Shown one piece after another: positions 24,701 to 36,700 of a stretch of 64,000 nt of DNA. This stretch comes from Chiloscyllium plagiosum (taxonomy: Eukaryota). A program made the position numbers and the translations under genes. Numbering within the stretch: position 1 is the stretch's first letter; each line of letters begins with the position of its first letter. The notes under the pieces were generated by a model. It was not told where the DNA came from and searched no databases. It saw only the letters and a program-made list of their open reading frames with translations. The stretch covers positions 17,792,092 to 17,856,091 of the forward strand of contig NC_057750.1 of the NCBI RefSeq assembly GCF_004010195.1, read 5' to 3'.

Positions 24701-27700
24701 TCTTGAGAAGGAACTGAGGGCATTGTTGCTACGTTTGCAGATGACATAAAGATAATTGGAAGGACAGGTAGGGTTGAGGAGATGGGGATTTTGCAGAAGG
24801 ACTTGGGACAGGCTAGGAGAGTGGACAAAGGTGGCAGATGGAATACATTGTGAGAAAGTGTGATGTTATGGTAGGAAAACTACCGATGTGGGATATTTTC
24901 TAAATGAAGGAAGGGTTCTGAAATCTGAAGCATAAAGGAAGTTGAGAATCAGGATTCTCTTAAGATTAACATGCAGGTTAAGCTGGCAGTTAGGAAGGTA
25001 AATGCAACGTTAGTATTCATTGTGAGAGCTAGAATACAAGAACAAAGATGTATGACAAAGACTATATAGGCTCTGGTCAGATAACATTTGGAATATTGAG
25101 AGCAGTTTTGGGCTTTTTATTTAAGGAAAAACATGGTGGTCCTGGAGGGCGGAGGGGGTCCAAAGAAGGTTTACAAGAATGAGTCTGGGATTGAAGAACT
25201 TTTAATATGAGGAGCGATTGGGGCTCTACATACTGTAGCTTAGAAGGCCGAGCGGGGAGATCTCATTGAAACTTACAGAATAATGAGTTGGACGGAGTGG
25301 ATGTAGAGGAGATATATGCACTAGTAGGAGAGACTAGTGGGACCTGAAGGCACAGCCTCAGAATGAAGGAACAACCTTTTAGAACTAAGCTGAGGAATTC
25401 CTTCAGCCAGACGGTGGAAAATGTATGGAACTCATTATTGCAGGTGACTGTGGAAGCCAAGTCATTGAGTGTATTTAAGACAGAGAGAGGTTCTTGATTA
25501 GTAAGGGGATTAAAGGTTACAGGAAGAAAGCATGAGGATGCAATTGAGATGATCGAATGGTAGAGTAGACACAATGAGCTGAGTGGCGTTATTCTCTTAT
25601 GGTCTTCTAATAAATGGTGCTTGACCACAGTGTTTATAAAGCAGGGTTTGACACTGAGTCATACAAAATGTTATCAACGCTTGGTCAAAGAGGTAGGTTT
25701 GAGGATTGTTTTAAAGGTGGAAAGCGAATAAAAGAGAAACATAAGTTAGAGGCTGATCTACTGAAGCACAGCCAGTAATTTAAAATTGTGGGTGGACATG
25801 AGGCTGGAATTTAAGGAGTTGAGAAATCTCAGAGGGTTGTGCACCTGGAGGAGATTGTGGAGATAGGGAGGAATTTGAAAGCAGGGCTGAGTCCAGGGAC
25901 CAGTGTGGGTTATCCAGGACAGGACTGATGCATGAATGCAAATTGATGCGAGCAATGTCACGGCCAGCAGAGATTTACTTAACATCAGGATTATAGAGGA
26001 GAGAATGTGGGAGAACCCCCAGCCTGTATATTGGAATAGTCCAATCTCGAGGTAATAAAGGTATTAAGGAGGGTTCATCAGCAGATATTGCAGTGGCTGA
26101 GGAGTTGTTATGGAGGTGGGAATATAAGATGTTAATTATGGTGCTGAGACTCATTTCAAGGTCAGATATGATTACAAAGTGGTAAATAGTCTGGTTTCGC
26201 CTCAGAGGGAAGACGACAGTGGCTAGAAATGATGTCCCACGAATTCAAACCCATTTCTCCCACACCAATCTTTGAGTCACATGTTTACCTCTTTCCTCTC
26301 ATTGACCCTGTGCCAGTTAGCTTGTGGCTCCTGTAATTGGAGATTAATTCCTTTTTATGTTCTGCTTTTTAGTTTAGCTCCTAGCTGCTCAGTATTCCCT
26401 CAGCAGAATCTCTCTTTACCTATATTGTTGGCACTATGTGAACCACGACACCTGGATTTTGCCCCTCCCGCTGTAAGTTGCTCTCCAACCCCATTGAGAG
26501 ATCCTGAATCTGGGCTCTAGGCAGGTAACATAGCCATTGTTCCTGGCCACAGAGAAAAGTGTCCGCTCACTATATACTATCCCCAATTGCAACTACATTT
26601 CTCTTTTATTCTCTGTCTTGACTGGCTTCTTGTACCATGGTGCTGTGGTCAGTTTGCTCATCCTTCCTGCAGCCCCCACTCTCATCCACACAGGGAGCAA
26701 GAATTTCAAAGCTGTTAGACAAGCTCAAGGGCTGAAGCTCCTTCAGCACTACCTCCTGGATCTCTCTACCTGCCTTGCTCATAGACACCTGTCCTGTCCC
26801 AAGCCACTCAAGAAATTCGAAGCAGTTAATCTAAGGGGTGTGACTGCTTCCTGAAACAGTGTCCAGGTTACTCTGCCCCTTCCTTGAAGTGTCATAATGT
26901 TTGAAGCTCAGACTCCAGCTCATCAACTTTGCGACAGAGGTCCTTAAGCAAACAACATCTGCTACAGATGTGGTCACTATGGGGTCCAGCTCCAACATCA
27001 TGCAGGTACAACACATCATCTGGCCCTGCATCTCAATTTTATTTACTTCATTCTTAATTTGTGCTTTTTAAAATTTCCTACTTTTAGTTTGTAATCTGTA
27101 AACATTTCCCCTATTTACCTTAAATCTGAAAGTAATCTATAATAGTCAAAGTCAAAAATCCACAATCACCTGATGAAGGAGCGTCGCTCCGAAAGCTAGT
27201 GCTTATAATTAAACCTGTTGGACTGTAACCTGGTGTTGTGTAATTTTTGACTTTGTACACCCCAGTCCAACACCGGCACCTCCAAGTTATAATAGTCAAA
27301 TTAGCATGCCAACCAGTGAACGGTTGGCTTACCTATGACTTACCTATCATATAAATCTGCTTTGTCACGGGGCCTTAATTCTGGTTTCAGCTTATCCTGT
27401 CAAAACAAATCTTAAATCTTATGAGCCAAAAAAAGCAAGCAAAAAGCATCTCTTCCCTTCGACAGCAAATTTCCACTTACACTTACACAGATTTAATATT
27501 GGTTTTCCTCTTGAATACATATTCTCGTGAATTGTCCTGATGAGTACAAAATGAAAAACTTCACCAAAATGACATTTTATAGTAAAACTCAAGTTCTGCA
27601 CAACCAAAGCAAGGACTGATTCAGGATAGTCAGCCTCACTTTATGCTTGGGCAATCGTGTCTCACTAACTTGAGTGAGTTATTTTTGAAGTAGTAACAAA

Positions 27701-30700
27701 GAGGATTGATGAGGACAGAGTGATGGGTGTGATCTGCATGGACTTCAGTAAGCCGTTCGGCAAGGTTCCCCACGGGAGACTGGTTAGCAAGGTTAGCTCA
27801 CATGGAATACAGGGAGATCTAGCCATTTGGATACAGAACTGGCTCAAAGGTAGAAGACAGAGGGTGGTGGTGGAGGGTTATTTTTCAGACTGGAGGCCTG
27901 TGACCAGTGGTGTGCCACATGGATCAGTACTGGGTCCACTGCTTTTCGTCATTTATATAAAACGATTTGGATGCGAACATAGGAGGTACAGTTAGTAAGT
28001 TTGCAGGTGACACCAAAATTGGAGGTGTAGTGGACAGTAACGAAGGTTATCTCAGTAAACTCCACCTTGACCAGATGGACCAATGGGCTGAGGAGTGGCA
28101 GATGGAGTTCAATTTAGATAAATGTGAGGTGCTGCATTTTGGAAAGACAAATCAGGGCAGGATGTATACACTTAATGGTAAAGTCCTGAGGAGTGTTGCT
28201 GAACAAAGAGACTTTGGAGTGCAGGTTCATAGCTTCTTGAATTTGGAGCCGCAGGTAGATAGGATAGTGAAGAAGGCGTTTGGTATGATTAGATTCCCTA
28301 CAGTATGGAAGCAGGCCATTGGGCCCCACCAGTCCACACCGACCCTCCGAAGAGTAACCCACCCAGACCCATTTCCCTCTGACTAATGCACCTGACACTA
28401 GGGGCAATTTAGCATGGCCAATCCACCTAATCTATACATCATTGGATTGTGGGAGGAAACTGGAGTACCCAGAGGAAACCAACGCAGACACAAGGAGAAT
28501 GTGCAAGCTCCACACAGACAATCGCCCAAGGCTGGAATTGAACCTGGGTCCCTGGCGCTGTGAAACTGCAATGCTAGCCACTGTGCCACCCTCTAATATG
28601 CTTTCCTTTACTGGTCAAAGCATTGAGTATAGAAGTTCAGACATTATGTTCCGGAAATAGGTTAGGCTGTTTTCAGAATACTGTGTGCAATTCTGGTCGC
28701 CCTCCTATAGGAAGGGTGTTGTGGAACTTGAAAGGATTCAGAAAAGACTTGCAAGGATGTTGCCAGGGTTGGAGGATTTGAGCTATAGGGAGAGGCTGAA
28801 TAGGCTGGGGCTGTTTTCCCTGGAGCATCGGAGGGTGACCTAATAGGGGTTTATAAAATCACGAAGGGCATCGATTGGGTAAATAGACAAGGTATTTTCC
28901 CTGGAGTGGGGGAGTCCAGAACTAGAGGGCATAGGTTTAGGGTGAGAGGGGAAAAATTTAAAAGGGACCTAAGGGGTACCTTTTTCTCACAGAGGGCAGT
29001 ACGTGTATGGAATGAGCTGCCAGAGGAAGTGGTGGAGGCTGCAACAATTACAAAATTTAAAAGGCATCTGGGTGGGTATAGGAAGAGTTTAGAGGGATAT
29101 AGGCCAAGTGCTGGCAAATGGGACTAGATTAATTTAGCATATCTGGTTGGCATGGATGAGTTGGACCAAAGGGTCTATTTTCGTACTATACATTTCTATG
29201 ACTCTAAAGGGATTACTTGAATGTATGGACTTGGGAAATGCAGTTTTAACTACAGCTAGTCTATTTCTGTTAAATTATTTCTCATTTTCATGTTTGCAGG
29301 GCGCAGTGGCTCAGACCTGGGAAGATGCACCGTACTTTTTCATCATTCAGGTGCAAGGACGGAACACTTCGAATAAGAATTGGAGTTTAATCAGTAGGTT
29401 TTCAGTATAGTACTAAAATAATGCTCTGATGAAAAGTCATCGAGTCTCGAAACATTTGCTTGCTCTTTCTGTATGGATGTTGTCTGATCTGCTGTGATTT
29501 CCAGCATGTTTTGTTTTCAGCTCTAATCCCTGATTTCAGCTGAGACAGGGACCACAAAGGACTACAATTCACTAGGCTATGCTGGGGACAGTAATTTTGA
29601 TACAATTTCATTACTGATCCCCAACTATCACAGGTGATATTGTGAAGTTTGTTGTCGTCGAGAAGTAGAATCTAGGTATGAAATCCTAGAATTTGTGGGC
29701 TTGTGAAATAAAAACTGGAAAAGTACATTAAAGCATGACAGCAGTCATATTAGTTAGTTATTGACCATTGTTGCGAGATTGATCTGTAAAGCTGGGTAAT
29801 CGACTCAAGACCTACAGTGCAGGGGCATTTGCAAGCTTGATAAAAGTGGAAAGCTCGAAGAAACAAGGTGGGAAATAATGGTAAGGTAATACCAAACTTC
29901 ATCTCATTGAAAGCAAGGTGCTGTGGATACCAGAAATCTGAACTAAAAGCAAAATGCTGGAAATACTCAGTTGGTGACTCAGCATCTCTCTTTTTCTCCC
30001 TCTCTCTCTCTCTTTCTCNNNNNNTTTTGTCTCTTTTTCTCTCTTTTTCTCTGTTTTTCTCTCTCTATTTCTGTCACTCTTTCTCTCTCTTTTTCTTTCT
30101 CTCTTTCTCTCTCTCCCTCTCTTTTTCTCTCTGTCTTCCCCCTCTCTCTCTCAAAACAGAGATAATATTTCAGATTGACCTTTTGTGGACTTGGTGAAAG
30201 GTTACAAACCTGAAATATTAATTCTGCTTCTCATTCCTGCCTGGAGATAGCCCACGTGATCTGCTAATGAAGGAGAAGAAACTCAAAATTGTGACAATTA
30301 TCGCACTCTGACACAGAAAATGGGCAGCTGCTGTCTGGGCAGATTGATACATAATACAGTTCCTGTGAACACCAAGTAAAGATTAGCTTTGTGTTAATAT
30401 CAAAGCAGAATGGTAGTGAGAGTGGGCTGTCTCTTTGAAAAGAAGACAGTAAACGGAGATGGATTTATGGCGATACACCAGATTTTTTGGATTTTTAAGG
30501 AGCAAGCAGCACATTTTGCTGAGGGAAGTTAAATATGGGAGACTTGGGCTGAGTCAGAGAATGTTGTAAGTTGCAGATTGACAGGGAGGGTAAGGAGGTG
30601 GGATATATTCTAGTAATGCATTTAGGCAAGACTAATTCTAGAACGAATTATACAATGAACGGAAGAGCCCTAGGAAAAGTTGATGAGCAGAGAGATCTAG

Positions 30701-33700
30701 GAGTGCAGGTCCAGTGTACCCTGAAGGTTGCTGCACAGGTGGATGGAGTGGTCAAAAAGGCATATAGTATGCTTGCCTTCATTGGACGGGATATTGAGTA
30801 TAAGAGCTGGCAAGTCATGTTAAAATTGTACAGGACGTTGGTTCAGCCACATTTAGAATAGTTTCCCTGTTAAGTAGTGTTTGATTTATGTTGATTTTAG
30901 TTGATTTGTTGAAGTCTCAAGTCTTAAGATATTAAATCTTGACCTGTGGTTTATTTCTATTGGTTGCTGAGAATTTGTTTTTAAAGTTCATGATAGGATT
31001 AGTTGCAAATTGAAGGCTGTTGTAGAATTGAAACCCTGTTGCGAAACTGGATGCAGTGGAGAATTCCAAAGTTTAGATAAAGAAAATTTCATGTTTGCCT
31101 TTGCTTATTTGGTGCTCAGGCATTTCTGGAACGAAGTCCTATCTGTTAATAGCTTAGAACCGTGAACAAGTGTTAATGGAAGCCTGTGGCTTGCAGGTTT
31201 TGAGGTTGACTTGAATAGGGGCTAAACAAGCAGATTATTGAAATATTACTTCAGTACATAAACTGAGAGGAAAAGGGTGATCCCAGTAGCAGTTGAGTTA
31301 ACCAGGCTTCAATACAAATTAATCAAGTTGAGTTGGAAGTGGCAAATATATACATTCAAAAGGAAGAGAAATGCGAAAATTAAGGAATAGATCAATTTGA
31401 ACATTTGAATGAGAATTTCAAAAGCAAGAGACTCTAACTCCGATGGGAGAGAAAGGATGTGAGGAAATTTCAAATAGACAGAATTATTGTGTGATTAGAG
31501 AAGGTAATAAGTCTTGGTGACTTAGAATTAACTCATGACTAGATTAGATTAGATTCCCTACAGTGCGGAAACAGGCCCTTCGGCCCAACAAGTCCACACC
31601 GACCCTCTGAAGAGTAACCCACCCAGACCCATTTCCCTCTGACTAATGCACCTCGCACTATGGGCAAGTTAGCTTGGCCAATTCACCTGAACTGCACACT
31701 TTGGACTGTGGGAGGAAACCGGAGCATCTGGAGGAAACCCGCACAGACACGGGGAGAATGTGCAAACTCCACACAGACAGTCACCCAAGGCTGAGAATCA
31801 AACCTGGGACCCTGGTGCTGTGAGGCAGCAGTGCTGTCCACTTAGCCACTGTGCCCCCCCCATTGTTTTGAGTTTTACAAGGACCATTTGCCCAGTGTGT
31901 CTGTCAGAGGAAGTATTTCAGAAAGTTGCGATGAAACCTCAATAACCAAAAGAAACTTGACTTGTTTATCGCAGGTTCACACGAAAGGTTTTGAAGGTGT
32001 GCTCATTCCTTTCAGACAAATCGGGTGACTGTTATAATGAAAATAGTTGTTCTCAGTGCCGGGTTTGTATCAGAGGATTACAAGCACTGAAATGTGATAA
32101 AAGGGCAAGAATGATCGCTGTACTCCAGGCAGGAAGTTAGAATGTTTACAATCTCGGGCATTGAGAAGGTCTTTGCTGTAGCACAATCATCAGACTGTCA
32201 AAAAGGGATGAGTATATCCAAAACTTTTCCTACAAGCCCATTCTGCAATTAAAGAATTAGGTTTTCCTTTGGTCATTGCATTACCATGGTAGCTTTCCCA
32301 AATACTACTACGCTACAAGTAGATGCTAAGAATTTTGGCAATATTGCATTTTAATTTGTATTTTCCCCTTTAACTAAAGGTGGAAAAAAAAATGTTCTTG
32401 ACTGGCTGGGAAGATGGTGGCCATACTTAATAATGAACCAGAGACAGATTGATGTAATCAAGTGATAGCCAACATTAAGGGCATTTAAATGGACATTGGA
32501 TAGACATATGGACAGAAATTCAATAGTGTAGGATAGATGAGTTTCACAGGTCGGGGCAGCATCGAGGGCTGACGGGCCTATACTGCGCTGTAATGTCCTA
32601 TGTTCTACATCTTAATACAAAACTTTGGAGAGACAGAGTATGCAGCTGTTGTTAAAAGCAGGCAGAAACTGATTTTGTGTTAGCAACTGAGCAAGATGTT
32701 TGTGAGAGCAAGTTCTCTATTTGAAAAGAAGATGGCAGTTGCGTTAACGGAACGCAATTTGCTAAAGCGGGTCTTGATAATGGAAATTGAATCCTTCCAG
32801 CTTTTGAAGGACATTAGATTTGCAACCTGGCATGGCGGGGAGAAATGAGCCCTGCTTGCAAGAACATGAGACTGATTTTTATAATGCTGTATATCTGCCA
32901 GAGAAGTATGGTGTACAAAGTATTTAGTAATCTTAAAAGCGCTTTCCTTTAGTTGGTGTATTAGTTGCCTGCTAAGTAGTATTGATTTTCGTTCATTTGT
33001 TGCAGGAAAAATGCTAGATTCTGAAATATTGACCTTTGGCTTATTTACATCAGACACTTTGAAATTCCGCTATTAAAAAGTCATAGATTTTCCAAGGATT
33101 ATAACTTCCATCAAATGTTGGTCCTGTTCACCACGTCAAACTTTAGCAAGGGATATTTCGTATTGATGACCTGCACTTCAAGTTGGTTGTTGTATAGGAT
33201 TGATTAATTAAGGTAGCATGTTTTCTCCTGACTGACACTGATATACAATGTCATTTTAAAATAAATTCTGCTCAAATGATGCAAGAAAGTAGCATATGGT
33301 GCAAGTAACCTGATGAGATACTACCCAGTATAATTTTTCATGAGAATTCATGGAGCCTATGGACATATTGGTGTCTAACCAATGAAAGGTCACCTTGCCC
33401 TCAGTGTAACGTGTGCATGTTAATGAGGCTGGTTCACACTTGAAACTTCTGAACTGATTTGTTATCTTGTGCTCTTTCTCTCCTTGTAGTAGAAGTAGAA
33501 ATGTTGGGACCCCACGGATACATTTCTGCTACAGATTGGCCCTTAATGATTGTAAGTATTATACTCACCTTGATGGTTGCAATTTACTAATAAATCTGAT
33601 TGTTTTAAAGTGTGTTTCCATCTAGCTACATATGTGGGCTAATGAGTGGAAAATCCTGAGAATTAAACTGGGCAATTAATTAAAAGTCTAATGTGGAAAA

Positions 33701-36700
33701 AGGATTTACTCCATACTTGCAAATGAACAGGCAAGGTGTTTGATTTGCAGTTTATTCAGGGTCTTTTTAAAGTAGGGTTTGCTTTGGGAACATGCACTTT
33801 ATTAAGTTTTCAATTTTTGCAATTGATTAAAGAGTACCCTACTTTTTCTCTAACATACATGCTCACTCTCTTTCTCTTTCAATCATATGCATTCGCACAC
33901 ACACACCCCTTCTGTGACTATGCCTATTTTAAGGTCACCACAGGTCAAATCCTCACAAACAACATTTTTTTTTATCTTCCAATATAAAGAGAGTTGAGGC
34001 TTGTTTTGCGAAGGTATCCCTGTACAGAGCTGATACATGATGGGAGCAGCTTAATAAAGGTGTGACCTGGGGACCTTGCTACTGCATCACCATCATCAGA
34101 GCTGTGTCTCGCAATAGATTTTTTGAACTGAAAGACTGGGGTTTACACATCTTATGGTGATGTTTGAAGCAATTCAGTTCAACAGCTTGCAATATGTGAA
34201 GTAACTTTATTTTTGTGAGATGTGGGCATTACTGACAAACAAAGCAGCTATTTTCTGTTCAGCCAGATTCTGTAAACAACCGTAAAAAGACTAATTTGTT
34301 TAACTGTTGCAAGCAAGCACGCTGCCACCATGTGTATGTCCAAAACCAGGGTCCACAAATATAGGATGGTCACCAATAAAACCACAAGGAGTTCAGGAGA
34401 ACCTTCTTTTCAAAAAATGCTTGCTTTGAGGCAGAAAGCGTGGGTGCATTTAAAGGGAAGCTGTATAAGTGAATGAAGGAGAATGGACTTGGAAGAATAA
34501 CCAGTAGATGAGTTAAGGTAATGTAGGCTTGTGTGGGGCATAAACCCTAGCATGGGCCTTTTGGTGAATGGCTTGCTCCTAGCAAAGTATAACAGGAGGA
34601 TCCAGTCAACGCCTGTCTGTAAAACTATAAGATGTAATCTGAGGTAACCCTCTTCGCTGTCCACTACATTTCCAATTTCAGTGTCATCTGCAAACTTACT
34701 AACTGTACCTCTTATGCTCATATCCAAATCATTTACGTAAATGACAAAAAGTAGAGGGCCCAGCACCGATCCTTGTGGCACTCCACTGGTCACAGGCCTC
34801 CAGGCTGAAAAACAACCCTCCACCACCACCCTCTGTCTTCTACCTTTTGAGCCAGTTCTGTATCCAAATGGCTAGTTCTCCCTGTATTCCATGAAATCTA
34901 ATCTTGCTAATCAGTCTCCCATGGGAAACTTTGTCGAACGCCTCACTGAAGTCCATATAGATCACATCCACTACTCTGCCCTCATCAATCTTCTTTGTTA
35001 CTTCTTCAAAAAACTCTATCAAGTTTGTGAGACATGATTTCCCACGCACAAAGCCATGTTGACTATCCCGAATCAGTCCTTGCCTTTCCAAATACATGTA
35101 CATCCTGTCCCTCAGGATTCCCTCCAACAACTTGCCCACCACCAAGTGGACAGCGAAGAGGGTTACCTCAGACTACAACAGGATCTGGGCAGAGGGGCCA
35201 ATGGGCTGAGAAGTGGCAGATGGAGTTTAATTCAGATAAATGTGAGGTCCTGCATTTTGGGAAAGCAAATCTTCGCAGGACTTATACACTTAATGGTAAG
35301 ATCCTAGGGAGTGTTGCTGAACAAACAGACCTTGGAGTGCAGGTTCATAGCTCCTTGAAAGTGGAGTCGCAGGTAGATAGGATAGTGCAGAAGGCTTTCC
35401 TTTATTGGTTAGAGTATTGAGTACAGGAGTTGGGAGGTCATGTTGCCGCTGTTCAGGACATTGGTTAGGCCACTGTTGGAATATTGCATGCACTTCTGGT
35501 CTCCTTCCTATCGAAAAGATGTTGTGAAACATGAAAGCGTTCAGAAAAGATTTACAAGGATGTTGCCGGAGTTGGAGGATTTGAGCAATAGGGAGAGGCT
35601 GGGGCTGTTTTCCCTGGAGCGTCTGAGGCTGAGGGGTGACCTTATAGAGGTTTACAAAATTATGAGGGGCATGGATAGGATAAATAGAGAAAGCCTTTTC
35701 CCTGGGGTCGGGGAGTCCAGAACTAGAGGGCATTGGTTTAGAGTGAGAGGGGAAATATATAAAAGAGACCTAGGGGGCAACTTTTTCATGCAGAGGGTGA
35801 TATGTGTATGGAATGAGCTGCCAGAGGATGTGGTGGAAGCTGGTACAATTGCAACATTTAAGAGGCATTTGGATGGGTCTATGAATAGGAAGGGTTTGGA
35901 GGGATATGGGCCGGGTGCTGGCAGGTGGGAGAAGATTGGGTTGGGATATCTGGTCAGCATGGATNNNNNNNNNNNNNNNNNNNNNNNNNNNNNNNNNNNN
36001 NNNNNNNNNNNNNNNNNNNNNNNNNNNNNNNNNNNNNNNNNNNNNNNNNNNNNNNNNNNNNNNNNNNNNNNNNNNNNNNNNNNNNNNNNNNNNNNNNNNN
36101 NNNNNNNNNNNNNNNNNNNNNNNNNNNNNNNNNNNNNNNNNNNNNNNNNNNNNNNNNNNNNNNNNNNNNNNNNNNNNNNNNNNNNNNNNNNNNNNNNNNN
36201 NNNNNNNNNNNNNNNNNNNNNNNNNNNNNNNNNNNNNNNNNNNNNNNNNNNNNNNNNNNNNNNNNNNNNNNNNNNNNNNNNNNNNNNNNNNNNNNNNNNN
36301 NNNNNNNNNNNNNNNNNNNNNNNNNNNNNNNNNNNNNNNNNNNNNNNNNNNNNNNNNNNNNNNNNNNNNNNNNNNNNNNNNNNNNNNNNNNNNNNNNNNN
36401 NNNNNNNNNNNNNNNNNNNNNNNNNNNNNNNNNNNNNNNNNNNNNNNNNNNNNNNNNNNNNNNNNNNNNNNNNNNNNNNNNNNNNNNNNNNNNNNNNNNN
36501 NNNNNNNNNNNNNNNNNNNNNNNNNNNNNNNNNNNNNNNNNNNNNNNNNNNNNNNNNNNNNNNNNNNNNNNNNNNNNNNNNNACAACCCTCTACCACCAC
36601 CTGCTGTCTTCTACCTTTGAGCCAGTTCTGTATCCAAATGGCTAGTTCTCCCTGTATTCCATGAGATCTAACCTTGCTAACCAGTCTCCCATGGGGATCC

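Noticed and set aside
30861..32420. Possible degenerate LTR-retrotransposon internal (gag-like) region between CR1 fragments
   Set aside because: No recoverable ORF, paired LTRs or diagnostic motif seen by eye.
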